Source of the DNA: Dehalococcoidia bacterium
Lineage (GTDB): Bacteria; Chloroflexota; Dehalococcoidia; Plut-88900
Assembly (NCBI GenBank): GCA_965197585.1
Contig: OZ240215.1
Location: 2,304,001 to 2,368,000 of the forward strand
Length of the DNA: 64,000 nucleotides
Direction: 5' to 3'
The notes under the pieces are model-generated. The model did not search any database, was not told the DNA's origin, and worked only from the letters and a program-made list of their open reading frames with translations. The first letter of the stretch is position 1; each line of letters starts with the position of its first letter. Of the stretch, positions 47,978 through 58,396 are shown piece after piece. Position numbers and translations under genes: made by a program.

Positions 47978-49036
47978 ATGAGTATCCCCTTTCAGACCAC
48001 CGTAATCGGTAGCCTCCCCAAACCGCCTTGGCTTTATGATTCTTCCGGCTTTTCTACGAAAGTGAAAGGGCTACACGGCAAGGGTGGTACGTGGGCCTAT
48101 TCTGGGGAGGAGCTTCGGGAGGCGCATGACGACGCCGTTAGGCTTGCCATCGGCATGCAGGAGTCAGCCGGGCTTGACGAGATGACCGACGGCGAGCAAA
48201 GACGCGAGTCCTACCTGAGCTACGTGGTGCGAAGGCTAAACGGCTTCGACTACGAGAATTTTGGGGAGAAGTGGGTAAGAGGCGGGAGACGCTTGGCCCA
48301 GGTAGGCCGATGCACCGGCCCCATCACCTGGCCGTGCCCCATGCTGGTCGAAGACCTGCGCTTCACGATTAAACACTCTCGCACACCGGTAAAGGTAACC
48401 CTCCCAGGCCCGATGACCGTCTGCGATTCCATCCTCGACGAATTTTACGGCAACGAAGAGTCCATGGCCATGGCCGTCGCTGATGCACTAAACATGGAGG
48501 CGAAAGCCCTGGCGTTGGAGGGCGCGTCGGTAGTCCAGTTCGACGAGCCCGTCTTCAGCCGATACCCGGATAAGGTTCTTGCCTGGGGTATCGAGGCCCT
48601 GGACAGATCGGCACACGGGGTGAACGCTCAGACCGCAGTGCACGTGTGCTATAGCTACCCCCTTCCCGGAGTCCCCCGCCCCATAGTGCCTAGCTACCCG
48701 ACTATCCTCCCGGCCCTCGAGCACTCTTCAATAAATCAGCTAGCCCTGGAATTCGAAGCGCCGATGCTCTCCGTCGATCTCCTGGCCCTGTGCCCCTCCA
48801 AGACCGTACTCTTCGGGTGCATAACCAACACGTCGGAAGAGGTGGAAGATGCGGATCGAATAGCCAACCGACTCCTGGAAGCGGCCAAGTGCCATCCCGC
48901 TGATCAACTGAAAGTCGCTCCCGACTGCGGTCTCATCCCCGTCTCTGGAGCATCAGCTAGAAGCAAATTGAGGGCGTTGGTGGAAGGAGCTCGGCTAGCA
49001 AGAGCGAGGCTGACTAAGAAGTCTCCCAAGGATTGA
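47978..49036 (+). CDS. Cobalamin-independent methionine synthase II (single catalytic barrel)
   Basis: IGSLPKP, TDGEQRR, PGPMT, QFDEP, HVC...E...PDCG zinc ligands. Confidence 0.88.
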   Translation: MSIPFQTTVIGSLPKPPWLYDSSGFSTKVKGLHGKGGTWAYSGEELREAHDDAVRLAIGMQESAGLDEMTDGEQRRESYLSYVVRRLNGFDYENFGEKWVRGGRRLAQVGRCTGPITWPCPMLVEDLRFTIKHSRTPVKVTLPGPMTVCDSILDEFYGNEESMAMAVADALNMEAKALALEGASVVQFDEPVFSRYPDKVLAWGIEALDRSAHGVNAQTAVHVCYSYPLPGVPRPIVPSYPTILPALEHSSINQLALEFEAPMLSVDLLALCPSKTVLFGCITNTSEEVEDADRIANRLLEAAKCHPADQLKVAPDCGLIPVSGASARSKLRALVEGARLARARLTKKSPKD

Positions 49037-49362
49037 AGACATCGGAATCTGGGAGATAACCCGTCATTCGTCGTCTTAGTAGTCTATGAACGGAATCGGC
49101 CTGTCTTTCTCTCGGCGACTCGGGATTTCGAGATTTGTCCCACAAGGCATATTGTCAATCAACCATTGTCCAAGAGGTTTGCGCGGCAAGGCGTCACCCT
49201 TGGAAGAAGAATCGTGACCCTGCCATACGCTCTCGGGACAACTACGAACGACTTCCGCGTCCCAATGCGTTGCGGCCCCTCCTCTTCGGAAAGGCGCAGG
49301 ATTTCCGACAGCCGGGCCTTGGCCTCAGTTACAGTCCATACTCTAGGGTCGGCTTGGGTCAA
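49030..49362 (-). pseudogene. Decayed Phd-antitoxin / VapC toxin pair
   Basis: WTVTEAKARLSEIL..EGPQRIG; a 1-bp frameshift restores ..KPLGQWLIDNMP..IPF* (stop 49076); next ATG 49067 gives MTGYLPDSDV, a VapC-like start that is truncated. Confidence 0.7.
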
Positions 49363-49419
49363 AACAAGATACTCCTGCGGTCAGCGTACACCTGTTTATT
49401 ATAGGACAGATTGAAGCTG

Positions 49420-50184
49420 CTACAGAATCTGCGACAAGAAAAGCTTCGTCCGGTCGTTCTGCGGGTCTTCGAAGATTTGATGTGGCGTCCCTTCCTCCAC
49501 GATAATCCCCTCGTCGAACATCATCATCCGGTTCGCCACCTCTCGCGCAAAGCCCATTTCGTGGGACACGACAATCATCGTCATCCCCGACTCCGCCAGC
49601 TCCTTCATCACGTCCAGCACTTCCTTGATCATCTCCGGGTCCAGCGCCGACGTCGGCTCGTCGAACAGCATGATGTTCGGCTTCATCGCCAAGGCCCGCG
49701 CTATCGCCACCCGCTGCTGCTGCCCTCCAGATAACTCCTTGGGGTACTTGTCAGCCTGGTCCGGTATCCCGACTCGCTCCAGCAATTCCATCGCGATCTT
49801 CTCCGCCTCCGCCGCTGGTATCTTTCGCACTTTAGTAGGGGCCAGGGTTATGTTCCGCATGATCGTCAAGTGCGGAAACAGGTTGAAAGATTGGAACACC
49901 ATCCCCACGTCCCGGCGAATTGCGTCGATGTTACGCACGTCGTCCGACATCTCTATGCCATCGACGATGATCTGTCCCTTTTGATGCTCCTCCAGCCTGT
50001 TGATGGTGCGGATGAACGTCGACTTTCCTGACCCAGAGGGCCCGAACACCACCACAACCTCCCCTTTCTTGATCGTCGTCGTCACCCCACGTAGCGCGTG
50101 GAACTCCCCGTACCACTTATGCACGTCTCGGCAGATTATTATGTCCTCGGAGCCGTTCTTGCTTTCTCTGGAAGTCATCTCCAA
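49420..50184 (-). CDS. Polar amino-acid ABC transporter ATP-binding protein (AapP/BztD-like)
   Basis: [35 protein letters not shown]. Confidence 0.95.
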   Translation of the reverse strand: MEMTSRESKNGSEDIIICRDVHKWYGEFHALRGVTTTIKKGEVVVVFGPSGSGKSTFIRTINRLEEHQKGQIIVDGIEMSDDVRNIDAIRRDVGMVFQSFNLFPHLTIMRNITLAPTKVRKIPAAEAEKIAMELLERVGIPDQADKYPKELSGGQQQRVAIARALAMKPNIMLFDEPTSALDPEMIKEVLDVMKELAESGMTMIVVSHEMGFAREVANRMMMFDEGIIVEEGTPHQIFEDPQNDRTKLFLSQIL

Positions 50185-50191
50185 CCCTCGA

Positions 50192-51442
50192 CTATCTCTC
50201 TCCCACGCCTAGGTGCCGTTCGACATGGCGGCTAACGTAAGACATCCCGAATGTGAATATCCAAAATGAGAAGGCCAGGAATACAAACAGCTCTTTTTGG
50301 CTTGATAGGTATTGCGGGTTCCCCTGGATGAACGCCCTGCTGAACTCCAGGATGTCTAGCATCCCTATTATCGTGACCAGTGTCGTGTCCTTGAACAGGG
50401 CGATGAACTGCCCGACAATCGCAGGTATCACGTTGCGGATGGCCTGCGGCAGGGAAATGGCAATCATCGTCTGCCAGCTTGCAAGGCCCAACGCTCTCGC
50501 CGCTTCCGCCTGGCCTGGGTGCAGTGCCTGTAGTCCGCCCCGTATGTTCTCGGCAGTGTAAGCCGCACTGAACAACGTAATGATGATAGCGGCACGCAGT
50601 AGGCTGTTTACAGGAAAGTCCTCGGGGAAGGCCAGGGGCACCAGCACCTGCGACATGAACAACAGCGTTATTAGCGGCACACCCCGAAATACCTCTATGA
50701 ACGCCACGCAGATAACCTTTACCACGGGCAGCTTCGACCGCCGACCCAGCGCCAGCGCTATCCCTATCGGAAAACTGAACACTATACCCACCACCGCAAG
50801 CAGCAGGTTCAGCATCATTCCGCCCCAATAGATTACTGATACAGGCTGAAGCCCGGGTATGCCCGACACCCCTCGGAGCAAAATCAGGATGAGCACAAAA
50901 GCACCTATGCTCAGTAAAACGACGCGATTAGGCGTCCCCAGACGCGTGTACCGACCCAGTGCCCACCCGATTGCCACCGCAGGCACGTTGGCCAGGAGAA
51001 GCAACCGGACGTCCAGGTCCAATCGGTCCAGGTTATATGGCAAGAACGCGATTACCACCAGTGCGGCAGTCACAATGATTGTGATTCGCTTCGTCAGTCC
51101 TCCCCCTGCAGTTGCCCAGGCCAACCCGGCCAGCGCCATAACCAGCATTAGGCTGGCCTGAGGTCTCCAGAAGCAGTTTTGCCCTTCACACGCCGCTTCG
51201 ATGTTGTACGGGCCGATGACGAGCCGCCCCCCTAGGGTCGGTATCACCCCCCACTGTGCATCCAGCAGGATCCAGCCCAGTCCATACCATAGACCTGCAA
51301 GCACAAGGCAAGCCGTAACTACCGTCAACAGCGCGTGGTACCACGCGCTGAAAAGATTTTCGCGCGCCCATCCCATCACCCCTCTATTTAATAGAGGCGG
51401 AGGCAGAGACGGCGGACGACCAAAATTAGAGTTCGTTGCCAT
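50192..51442 (-). CDS. Amino-acid ABC permease (AapM-like)
   Basis: [37 protein letters not shown]. Confidence 0.92.
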   Translation of the reverse strand: MATNSNFGRPPSLPPPLLNRGVMGWARENLFSAWYHALLTVVTACLVLAGLWYGLGWILLDAQWGVIPTLGGRLVIGPYNIEAACEGQNCFWRPQASLMLVMALAGLAWATAGGGLTKRITIIVTAALVVIAFLPYNLDRLDLDVRLLLLANVPAVAIGWALGRYTRLGTPNRVVLLSIGAFVLILILLRGVSGIPGLQPVSVIYWGGMMLNLLLAVVGIVFSFPIGIALALGRRSKLPVVKVICVAFIEVFRGVPLITLLFMSQVLVPLAFPEDFPVNSLLRAAIIITLFSAAYTAENIRGGLQALHPGQAEAARALGLASWQTMIAISLPQAIRNVIPAIVGQFIALFKDTTLVTIIGMLDILEFSRAFIQGNPQYLSSQKELFVFLAFSFWIFTFGMSYVSRHVERHLGVGER

Positions 51443-51469
51443 CTCGCTGCTTTATATCACCCGTCTTCT

Positions 51470-52669
51470 TCAAAAAGCTATCCGCCGGTTATAGAAGTTC
51501 CCTATCAGAGAGTAAGTCAAGCTCATGGCGAGATAGGCCGCCATTACCAATATGAAAATCGACACCGCGGGCGCCGTCTGCGTCATGGTCTTGGCCACGT
51601 TCGTGAGTTCGCTGTAGCCAATCGCCGCCGCAAGGCTGCTGTTCTTAGTCAGATTCAAATACTGGCTGATGGTCGGAGGCACAATGACTCGGAGAGCTTG
51701 GGGAAAGGTTACGCTTCTTATAGTCCCCATCCCCGATAGCCCCAAAGACCTTGAAGCCTCCGTCTGCCCCTTCCCCACCGACTGTATCCCCGCCCTGACG
51801 ATCTCTGCAATGAATGCCGCGGTGTACATCACCAGTCCGAGCAGCAAGGCCATCAGTCCACCCGATAGTTCGAAGCCACCCTCTAGCCTCCCAAAAGTCC
51901 CATGCGGAGCCGGCGTCGTAATGGTAAGTGGGAATCCTCCGTTTATCGCTGTGATGATGAACCACCCAACAAGGCCAACCAGAACGGTAGAACCCACACC
52001 TGTCAATAATGGATAAGAAGTCGAACCTGTCTGTTCTTCCCGCCTGGCCATTGCTTTGTGTGCCAGCACGCCCACAGCAATGGCCACAGCCGCAGATACT
52101 AGCCAAATCAGTCCCTGAGCTACCCCGTCCCCGGTTGGAATGGGTACCGATATCCCGGCATTGTTCAAGTACAACCGGTCGGCTATAACGTAACCCTCTC
52201 TTACGGGTGGCAACGCCAGCACTATGTAAAACCAGAAGAAAAGCTGTATCAGAAGCGGCACGTTTCGGAAGAATTCGATATAGACCAGGGCGATTTTCGA
52301 TACCAGCCAGTTGCCGGATAGGCGAGACACGCCAATGAATACCCCAAGCGCCGTCGCCGCAATTACCCCTATCGCCGAGACGAAAATCGTATTCGTCGCC
52401 CCAACGACCAACGCATAGAGGAACGAATCAGACGACTCAAAAGGCAGGAAATGCTGACCTATTGGAGTCTGGTACGCCCGACCCAGAAATCCAAAGCCGA
52501 AAGGTATGTCCCGGTCACTTATCGCGTTCGCTATATTCGCAAAGAACCAGAACACCAGGACAACCACCAGGACCCCTGAAACGATCTGCGCGACCCACTG
52601 GATTACCTGGGCGTGTCGCCAAACGGGAATCCCCTTATAGGTAATGTTAGGTAGCCGTGATGTAATCAA
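51470..52669 (-). CDS. Amino-acid ABC permease (AapQ-like)
   Basis: FGFGFL, FRNVPLL, AEIVRAGIQSV..GQTEA, KNSSLA. Confidence 0.92.
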   Translation of the reverse strand: MITSRLPNITYKGIPVWRHAQVIQWVAQIVSGVLVVVLVFWFFANIANAISDRDIPFGFGFLGRAYQTPIGQHFLPFESSDSFLYALVVGATNTIFVSAIGVIAATALGVFIGVSRLSGNWLVSKIALVYIEFFRNVPLLIQLFFWFYIVLALPPVREGYVIADRLYLNNAGISVPIPTGDGVAQGLIWLVSAAVAIAVGVLAHKAMARREEQTGSTSYPLLTGVGSTVLVGLVGWFIITAINGGFPLTITTPAPHGTFGRLEGGFELSGGLMALLLGLVMYTAAFIAEIVRAGIQSVGKGQTEASRSLGLSGMGTIRSVTFPQALRVIVPPTISQYLNLTKNSSLAAAIGYSELTNVAKTMTQTAPAVSIFILVMAAYLAMSLTYSLIGNFYNRRIAF

Positions 52670-52747
52670 GTTCTGCCAATTAGCGGGCCCGGTGTCGGGC
52701 CGATTCTATTGCAAACCCATGACTTGTGTGCATGCCTAAATACATTG

Positions 52748-52780
52748 AGGGGCGGCCAGCATTCGCTTGGCCGCCCCTCT
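52748..52780. terminator. GC-rich hairpin between the binding-protein and permease genes
   Basis: GAGGGGCGGCCA...TGGCCGCCCCTC 12-bp stem. Confidence 0.65.
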
Positions 52781-52808
52781 GATTGCTTCACTTAAGTCCA
52801 GTGGGGCG

Positions 52809-53876
52809 CTAACGCAGCGGCGCTGCGTATATCTGACCGCCTTTCGGGCAATCCGTGCACGGAGCGTCGGACCACAGCGCGTTTCGCCCTCCCTCCCTCG
52901 GGAGGTTTATCCCGCCGGGACCCAGGTTGCGTTCGTAGATCTCCCCGTAGTTCCCTACTGCGCCAATCACGTCCTGGGCGACAGTCTGTTCAAGACCCAG
53001 CACGTCCTGTCCGAAGGATCCCTCCAGACCGAACAGCCGGTCAACCTTGGTGTCTCCCGTAGTCGAGGTGGGGACGTCGCTGGAGTCCACTCCGTAGGCC
53101 TCAGAGTAGATCAGGATGCCCATTACGGTCTTCACTATGTCAAACCACTGGTCGTCGCCGTGAGGCACAACAGGCCCGAGGGGCTCTTCCGAGATGGTCT
53201 CAGGAAGAATAGTGTGAGCGTCCCGGTCCTGCAGCGCCGTGCCCAGCGCGGCCAACTGGGAGTTGTCATTCGTAAATGAATCACACTGCCCCTGCTCATA
53301 GGCGGCTAGGACAGCGTCAGTGTCCTCAAAGGTTAGAGGAGTAATATTCAGGTCGTTCTGGTTGGAAAAGTCCTGGAGATTCAGCTCCGTAGTGGTACCC
53401 TGCGTCACGCAAACACTTGTGTCCTTGAGCTCCAGGGCGCTGGATATTCCCAGACTCTTAGGTACCATGAATCCCTGCCCATCGTAGAACATCGTCTGGA
53501 CGTAGTTGCCCCAACTAGCATCACGGGAGGTGGTCCAGGTAACGGTCCTTACAAGCATGTCCACTTCGCCGGACTGGATCGTCGGGCCACGTTCCGCCGC
53601 CGTTATCAGCCGGATCTCGAATGCGTTGGGATCGCCCAGGACCGCCGCCGCTAAGGCCCGGCACAGGTCTATGTCGAATCCAACGTTGTTTCCGGCCTCG
53701 TCAAGGTACCCGTATCCGGGCACGTCGTTCCTGCTCGCGCATATCACATTGCCCCGGTCCTGCACCGCCGCAAGCCTCTCGCCCGACTCCGTCTCCGAGT
53801 CCCCTCCCCCGCAAGCCACAGCGATTGCCAAGAGCAGTGCAAGCCCCAGAATCGCAATAAGTATTCTGTACTTCAT
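52809..53876 (-). CDS. Amino-acid ABC substrate-binding lipoprotein (AapJ-like)
   Basis: Lipobox AVAC; GFDIDLCRA, YDGQGF, GTTTELN, ISEEPLGP, VGNYGEIY. Confidence 0.93.
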   Translation of the reverse strand: MKYRILIAILGLALLLAIAVACGGGDSETESGERLAAVQDRGNVICASRNDVPGYGYLDEAGNNVGFDIDLCRALAAAVLGDPNAFEIRLITAAERGPTIQSGEVDMLVRTVTWTTSRDASWGNYVQTMFYDGQGFMVPKSLGISSALELKDTSVCVTQGTTTELNLQDFSNQNDLNITPLTFEDTDAVLAAYEQGQCDSFTNDNSQLAALGTALQDRDAHTILPETISEEPLGPVVPHGDDQWFDIVKTVMGILIYSEAYGVDSSDVPTSTTGDTKVDRLFGLEGSFGQDVLGLEQTVAQDVIGAVGNYGEIYERNLGPGGINLPREGGRNALWSDAPCTDCPKGGQIYAAPLR

Positions 53877-53911
53877 AGTCGCTATGTTCTCCCTCTCCAG
53901 ATTGGAATCTA

Positions 53912-53997
53912 GCGGAAACCCTAGTTGTGAGGATTATATCAGCGCAGTCTTGTTGCGGAAACCCTAAGTGTGAGAATTATGTCAGTGCAGTCTTATT
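53912..53997. repeat. 43-bp tandem duplication containing minus-strand extended -10 boxes
   Basis: gcggaaaccctagttgtgaggattatatcagcgcagtcttgtt / gcggaaaccctaagtgtgagaattatgtcagtgcagtcttatt. Confidence 0.85.
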
Positions 53998-54074
53998 AGG
54001 GAAAGAGTAATTCGTATGAATCGTAGACAGGATACCCTTATCAGGCTAACATGACGCCAACTTGGGGAGACACT

Positions 54075-54251
54075 ATGTCGGAAAAAGAACACGACCATGA
54101 CTCCCACGCCGGTCATGACCACGGCCACGGCCACGACGCCCACACCATACTCCCTTCATATAGTTGGGTTGGTTGCATCCGGGCAACGGTCTCGGCACGG
54201 ATATCTGACTCCCCACTTCGAACGCATAACTGGTTAAACTGTCGGTCTTAA
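54075..54251 (+). CDS. Small His-rich ORF or truncated metal-transporter N-terminus
   Basis: GGGGAGA SD, then MSEKEHDHDSHAGHDHGHGHDAH. Confidence 0.45.
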   Translation: MSEKEHDHDSHAGHDHGHGHDAHTILPSYSWVGCIRATVSARISDSPLRTHNWLNCRS

Positions 54252-55075
54252 CCTCCAGACTTGGCGAATATGCCCTTCTTTACAACTGCTGCTACTGCGA
54301 AGAAACCCGTCGCTACCAGTGCCATGGCCGGGCCCGAGGGCAGATCGGCGTAGTAGGAAAGGTAAAGACCCACTATCGCCGATACCGCTCCAATAACCGC
54401 CCCTATGACCATCACCCCCACAAACCGTCTCGCCAGCAAGTACCCAGCCGCCGCAGGAGTGATAAGCATCGCCATCACCAGCACTATACCCGCCGCCTGA
54501 ATCCCGATAACAATCACGAGAGCGAGAAGGGCCAAGAGCACGTATTCTATGAACCTGGTCTTGATGCCCACCACCGCCGCCCCCACCGCATCGAACGTCG
54601 TGTAGACCAGCTGTCGGTGAAACGCGTAAAGACCCACCAGCACAAGGGCCGTCAGGCCCAGCGACACATATACGTCCGTCTGTGACACTCCCAGGACTTG
54701 CCCAAGAAGCAAGTCCTCTATGTCGACGTTGATGTTCGTCGCCCTGGAAAGCATCACCAGGCCCAGCGCAAACATGCCGGCGAAGATTATCCCAATCGAT
54801 GTGTCTTCGCTGATCCCCGTGCGTCGGCTAACTGCTCCCATCAGCAACGCGATCAGGATTCCCGCCGGCACCGCAGCGAAGAATGGGCTGATCCCCAGCA
54901 GGAAGGCCACAACCATAGCGGGTAGCACGGAATGCGCCAGTGCATCCCCCATGAAGGATCGGCCCCTTGTGATGACGTAAGCCCCCAGGATCGGACACAT
55001 CACCCCCACGAGCACCGACACAATCAGTGCCCGCACCATGAAACCGTATTCAAATGGCCCTACGATGTAGTCCAT
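54248..55075 (-). CDS. znuB: Zn/Mn ABC permease
   Basis: SFMGDALAHSVLP, EDTSIGI, LLG, LITPAA. Confidence 0.88.
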   Translation of the reverse strand: MDYIVGPFEYGFMVRALIVSVLVGVMCPILGAYVITRGRSFMGDALAHSVLPAMVVAFLLGISPFFAAVPAGILIALLMGAVSRRTGISEDTSIGIIFAGMFALGLVMLSRATNINVDIEDLLLGQVLGVSQTDVYVSLGLTALVLVGLYAFHRQLVYTTFDAVGAAVVGIKTRFIEYVLLALLALVIVIGIQAAGIVLVMAMLITPAAAGYLLARRFVGVMVIGAVIGAVSAIVGLYLSYYADLPSGPAMALVATGFFAVAAVVKKGIFAKSGG

Positions 55076-55842
55076 TAAGAGCCACCGAGAGTCGGGTCAA
55101 AGTGATTAGCGGCGAACTCTATGCCATGAGAGCCGTAAAGCTCTTCAAGGACCTCGGGCGTAAACGCCACGTCGGGTGGCCCTTGGGCGCACACATGGTG
55201 ATTGATGCAGAGGATCTGGTCGAAGCGTTGGGCCATGTTGGTGAGGTCGTGGGTCGCCAGCAATACTACGCGGCCCTCATCTCGAAGGGTCTGGAGCACC
55301 TCGATAATCCCCTCCTGCGCCCCAACGTCCACCCCGCTGAAAGCCTCGTCCAGCAGGATTATGCTGGCCTCCTGGGCCAGGGCCCGGGCAATGAAGACCC
55401 GCTGGCGCTGCCCTCCGGACAGCTCGGTGACGAGAGACTTGCGCTTGTCCCACAGGTCCACCCGGTCCAGGCATTCCCGCACCATCTCTCGGTCTCCTCT
55501 CCCCGGCTGCCTGAACCACCCGACATTCCAGCCTCGCCCCATGGTCACCACGTCCTGGACAGTGGCGGGAAACTGCCAGTTGATCTTGTCTCGCTGTGGC
55601 ACGTAGGCCACTCCACCATTTTCGTTGGCGGAGCCGTGAAGCTTCACCGTACCTTTTGCAAGGGGCAGCAGGCCGACTATGGCCTCGAACAGGGTGCTCT
55701 TGCCCGCCCCATTGGGCCCCAGGACTCCCATCAGGGTGCCCGGCCCCACGGAGAAGGTGACTCCGGTTAGAGCGGTATGGCCGCCGCGTACCACGGTCAC
55801 GTCTTCCATGCTTATGCCCGGATCATTTACCGTCTTTACCAT
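55075..55842 (-). CDS. znuC: Zn/Mn ABC ATPase
   Basis: GPNGAGKST, YVPQR, LSGGQRQRVFIARALAQ, LDEAF, THD. Confidence 0.88.
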   Translation of the reverse strand: MVKTVNDPGISMEDVTVVRGGHTALTGVTFSVGPGTLMGVLGPNGAGKSTLFEAIVGLLPLAKGTVKLHGSANENGGVAYVPQRDKINWQFPATVQDVVTMGRGWNVGWFRQPGRGDREMVRECLDRVDLWDKRKSLVTELSGGQRQRVFIARALAQEASIILLDEAFSGVDVGAQEGIIEVLQTLRDEGRVVLLATHDLTNMAQRFDQILCINHHVCAQGPPDVAFTPEVLEELYGSHGIEFAANHFDPTLGGS

Positions 55843-55882
55843 CTGCTGTCCTGCCTTGTCGTTGCCTTTATACTGCCGACGC

Positions 55883-57082
55883 TTACTTGAGAGCCCTGAC
55901 TATGCGCTCGACATTCGTCCGCATCATGTCCAGGTAAGTCTCTGCCCCACTCCCCTCTACCCCTAGAGACCCAGAATAGAGTCGTATGAGCTCCGCCCCC
56001 GACTCCTCGGCGATGGATGTGGCCAGCCGTTCGCTCACTGTCGCCTCTCCGAACACCGCGGGCACGTTGTATTTCTCCACCACTTCAACAAGCTCCGTCA
56101 GGTGCTCCGCCGACGGCTCCGCTTCCGTGGTGGTGGACAGAATAACCCCCACCACTTCGAACCCGTACCTCTCTGCGAAGTATCCGAAGCTGTCGTGGGA
56201 GGTCACAAGGAACCTGCGGGCGTCGGGCACCGATGCCACCTGCTCCTGGGTCCACGCGTCCAGCTCATCAAGCTCGGCGTTGTATTCGGAGGCGTTTGCG
56301 GCGTAGCCATCGGCGCCATCAGGATCGAGGGTCGAGAACTGCTCCGAGATGTAGCCCACTGCCAGCTTCACCCGGAGCGGATCGAACCAGAAGTGCGGGT
56401 CTTCCACACCATGCCCGTGGCCCTCGTGCTCATCCTCTCCTTCGGAAATCAGGTGTTCAATCTCCTCAATGGCTTCATCAGGGGCCATTGCGCCACTGTC
56501 TACCTGATCAATTATTGCCTGGACCATGACGGTCTCTTCTTCCTCCTCGGTAGCAGTGAGCAGACCCTTTATCTCTTCGATAGCGGCATCGGGCGTGAGT
56601 TCCTCTTTTTCCACCTCATGTACAACCTCACCAATGTGCTCAAGAAGCTCCACGTCTTCCTTGTGAGATTCAGCGAACTCAATAGGCTCTATGGCGTCGC
56701 TGAGTTCAATAATGCTGGACGGGTCCCGAGCCGCATTCTCCAGCAGTTCCGTCAGCCAGGACCCTTCAAGACTGAGCCCGACACTGAAGACAATATCGGC
56801 ATCCGCGATCTTAGCAACGTCCCGGGCCCCGGGCTGAAACCCGTGGGGGTCGGCGCCGGTCGGAACAAGGCTGAACACCTCCACTCGGTCACCGCCCACG
56901 TTCTCCGCCCAGTCTGCTATGAAACTGGTAGTAGTGACCACCTGGGCCACTGCGGGCTCTCCCCCACCGTCCGTGCCATCCCCACCCGAGCAACCTGCAA
57001 CCACCGCAATTGCCAATAGGCCCGCCAGGACCAGCGTCAGAGCATTAGCTGACAGATGAAATCTATTGGCATGTAATATCAT
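55883..57082 (-). CDS. znuA: Zn/Mn ABC substrate-binding lipoprotein
   Basis: DPHGF, His-rich loop then DPHFWFDP, SHDSFGYF, EPS. Confidence 0.88.
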   Translation of the reverse strand: MILHANRFHLSANALTLVLAGLLAIAVVAGCSGGDGTDGGGEPAVAQVVTTTSFIADWAENVGGDRVEVFSLVPTGADPHGFQPGARDVAKIADADIVFSVGLSLEGSWLTELLENAARDPSSIIELSDAIEPIEFAESHKEDVELLEHIGEVVHEVEKEELTPDAAIEEIKGLLTATEEEEETVMVQAIIDQVDSGAMAPDEAIEEIEHLISEGEDEHEGHGHGVEDPHFWFDPLRVKLAVGYISEQFSTLDPDGADGYAANASEYNAELDELDAWTQEQVASVPDARRFLVTSHDSFGYFAERYGFEVVGVILSTTTEAEPSAEHLTELVEVVEKYNVPAVFGEATVSERLATSIAEESGAELIRLYSGSLGVEGSGAETYLDMMRTNVERIVRALK

Positions 57083-57221
57083 GTGCAGTGTGTATCACTT
57101 GATATTTAGTATCTATAGACAGTCATTTAAGGGTGATCGACTTAGCTTGTATGACATAATAAAATCACCTGAAACTCTTGTCAAGTCGTACCAATTACCA
57201 GTGGCAGTCAGGGTAGCAGTA

Positions 57222-57239
57222 GCAATGAATCATTATTGC
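57222..57239. promoter_or_regulatory. Fur/Zur-like operator
   Basis: Imperfect AT-rich palindrome GCAATGAATCATTATTGC upstream of the znuA-like gene. Confidence 0.55.
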
Positions 57240-57501
57240 GATTAAATATCAGTAATGCATTAGCTTCTAAAGTTATGGGGCTCAACTACAGGGCATTAAG
57301 AGTTCATTTCTGCACCCCACCCCCGACTCCCCCGCAACCTGATCTGATTCCCTTCCCCGTTCGCGCCGGGGCATGAATGGGCAAATAGGCCCGGGGCTGG
57401 GGTGCAGGGGGGATGGCAATAGGCACAAATTTACCTACGGGCCGAAAGTGTATAATGTGCTAGGAGTGTCCCCTGGTATTTGGCCTGCGAATAATTTAGA
57501 T

Positions 57502-58380
57502 ATGGGCCCTACAACTATCTCCACAAAATCCTCCCCACCCTCCCGACGCCCCCCGTGGCTGAAGGTCCGCCTCAAAACTGGCCCCAACTACCTGGAGCTG
57601 AAGTCGTTGATGCGGAAGATGACCCTCAACACGGTCTGTGAGGAGGCCAACTGCCCCAACATCTTCGAATGCTGGCAGAACCGCACCGCTACTTTCATGA
57701 TCCTCGGTGACGTCTGCACCCGAGCCTGCCGCTTCTGCGCCGTAACCAGCGGCAAGCCCACTTGGAACGACCCCCTGGAGCCCGAGCGCGTCGCCCGAGC
57801 CGTCGAGAAGATGAACCTCTCCCACGTCGTCATTACATCCGTGGCCCGGGACGATCTGCCCGACGGCGGCGCCTCCGCATTCGGCGAGGTGATAAGCAGG
57901 ACCCGGGTCCGCAATCCCAAAACCCGTATCGAGGTGCTTATACCCGACTTTGGCGGCTCCGAGTCCAGCTTGGACACCGTCCTTGCAGCTGGCCCCGATA
58001 TCCTCAATCACAACATCGAGACCGTCGCCCGTCTCCAGAAGGTTGTCCGCTCCCGGGCCACATACGAAAGATCGTTGCAGCTACTGGAGAGGGCCAAGAG
58101 CAAGTCGCCGGATAAGCTGACCAAATCCGGCATGATGTTGGGTGTCGGTGAGGAAGTTGAAGAGGTACTGCAGTCCATGCACGACCTGCATGACGTCGGC
58201 TGCGACATTCTGACCATCGGCCAGTACCTCCGCCCCTCCGAGTCCCACCTCCCCATATCTCGCTACTACACCCCCGAAGAGTTCGCCGAGCTGAAGGAAG
58301 AGGGCAAAAGGATGGGCTTCCGCCACGTCGAGTCCGGCCCATTGGTCCGCAGCTCCTACCACGCTCACGAGCAGGTCTAG
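57502..58380 (+). CDS. lipA: Lipoyl synthase
   Basis: [26 protein letters not shown]. Confidence 0.96.
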   Translation: MGPTTISTKSSPPSRRPPWLKVRLKTGPNYLELKSLMRKMTLNTVCEEANCPNIFECWQNRTATFMILGDVCTRACRFCAVTSGKPTWNDPLEPERVARAVEKMNLSHVVITSVARDDLPDGGASAFGEVISRTRVRNPKTRIEVLIPDFGGSESSLDTVLAAGPDILNHNIETVARLQKVVRSRATYERSLQLLERAKSKSPDKLTKSGMMLGVGEEVEEVLQSMHDLHDVGCDILTIGQYLRPSESHLPISRYYTPEEFAELKEEGKRMGFRHVESGPLVRSSYHAHEQV

Positions 58381-58396
58381 GTAGTATCCTGTAAGC

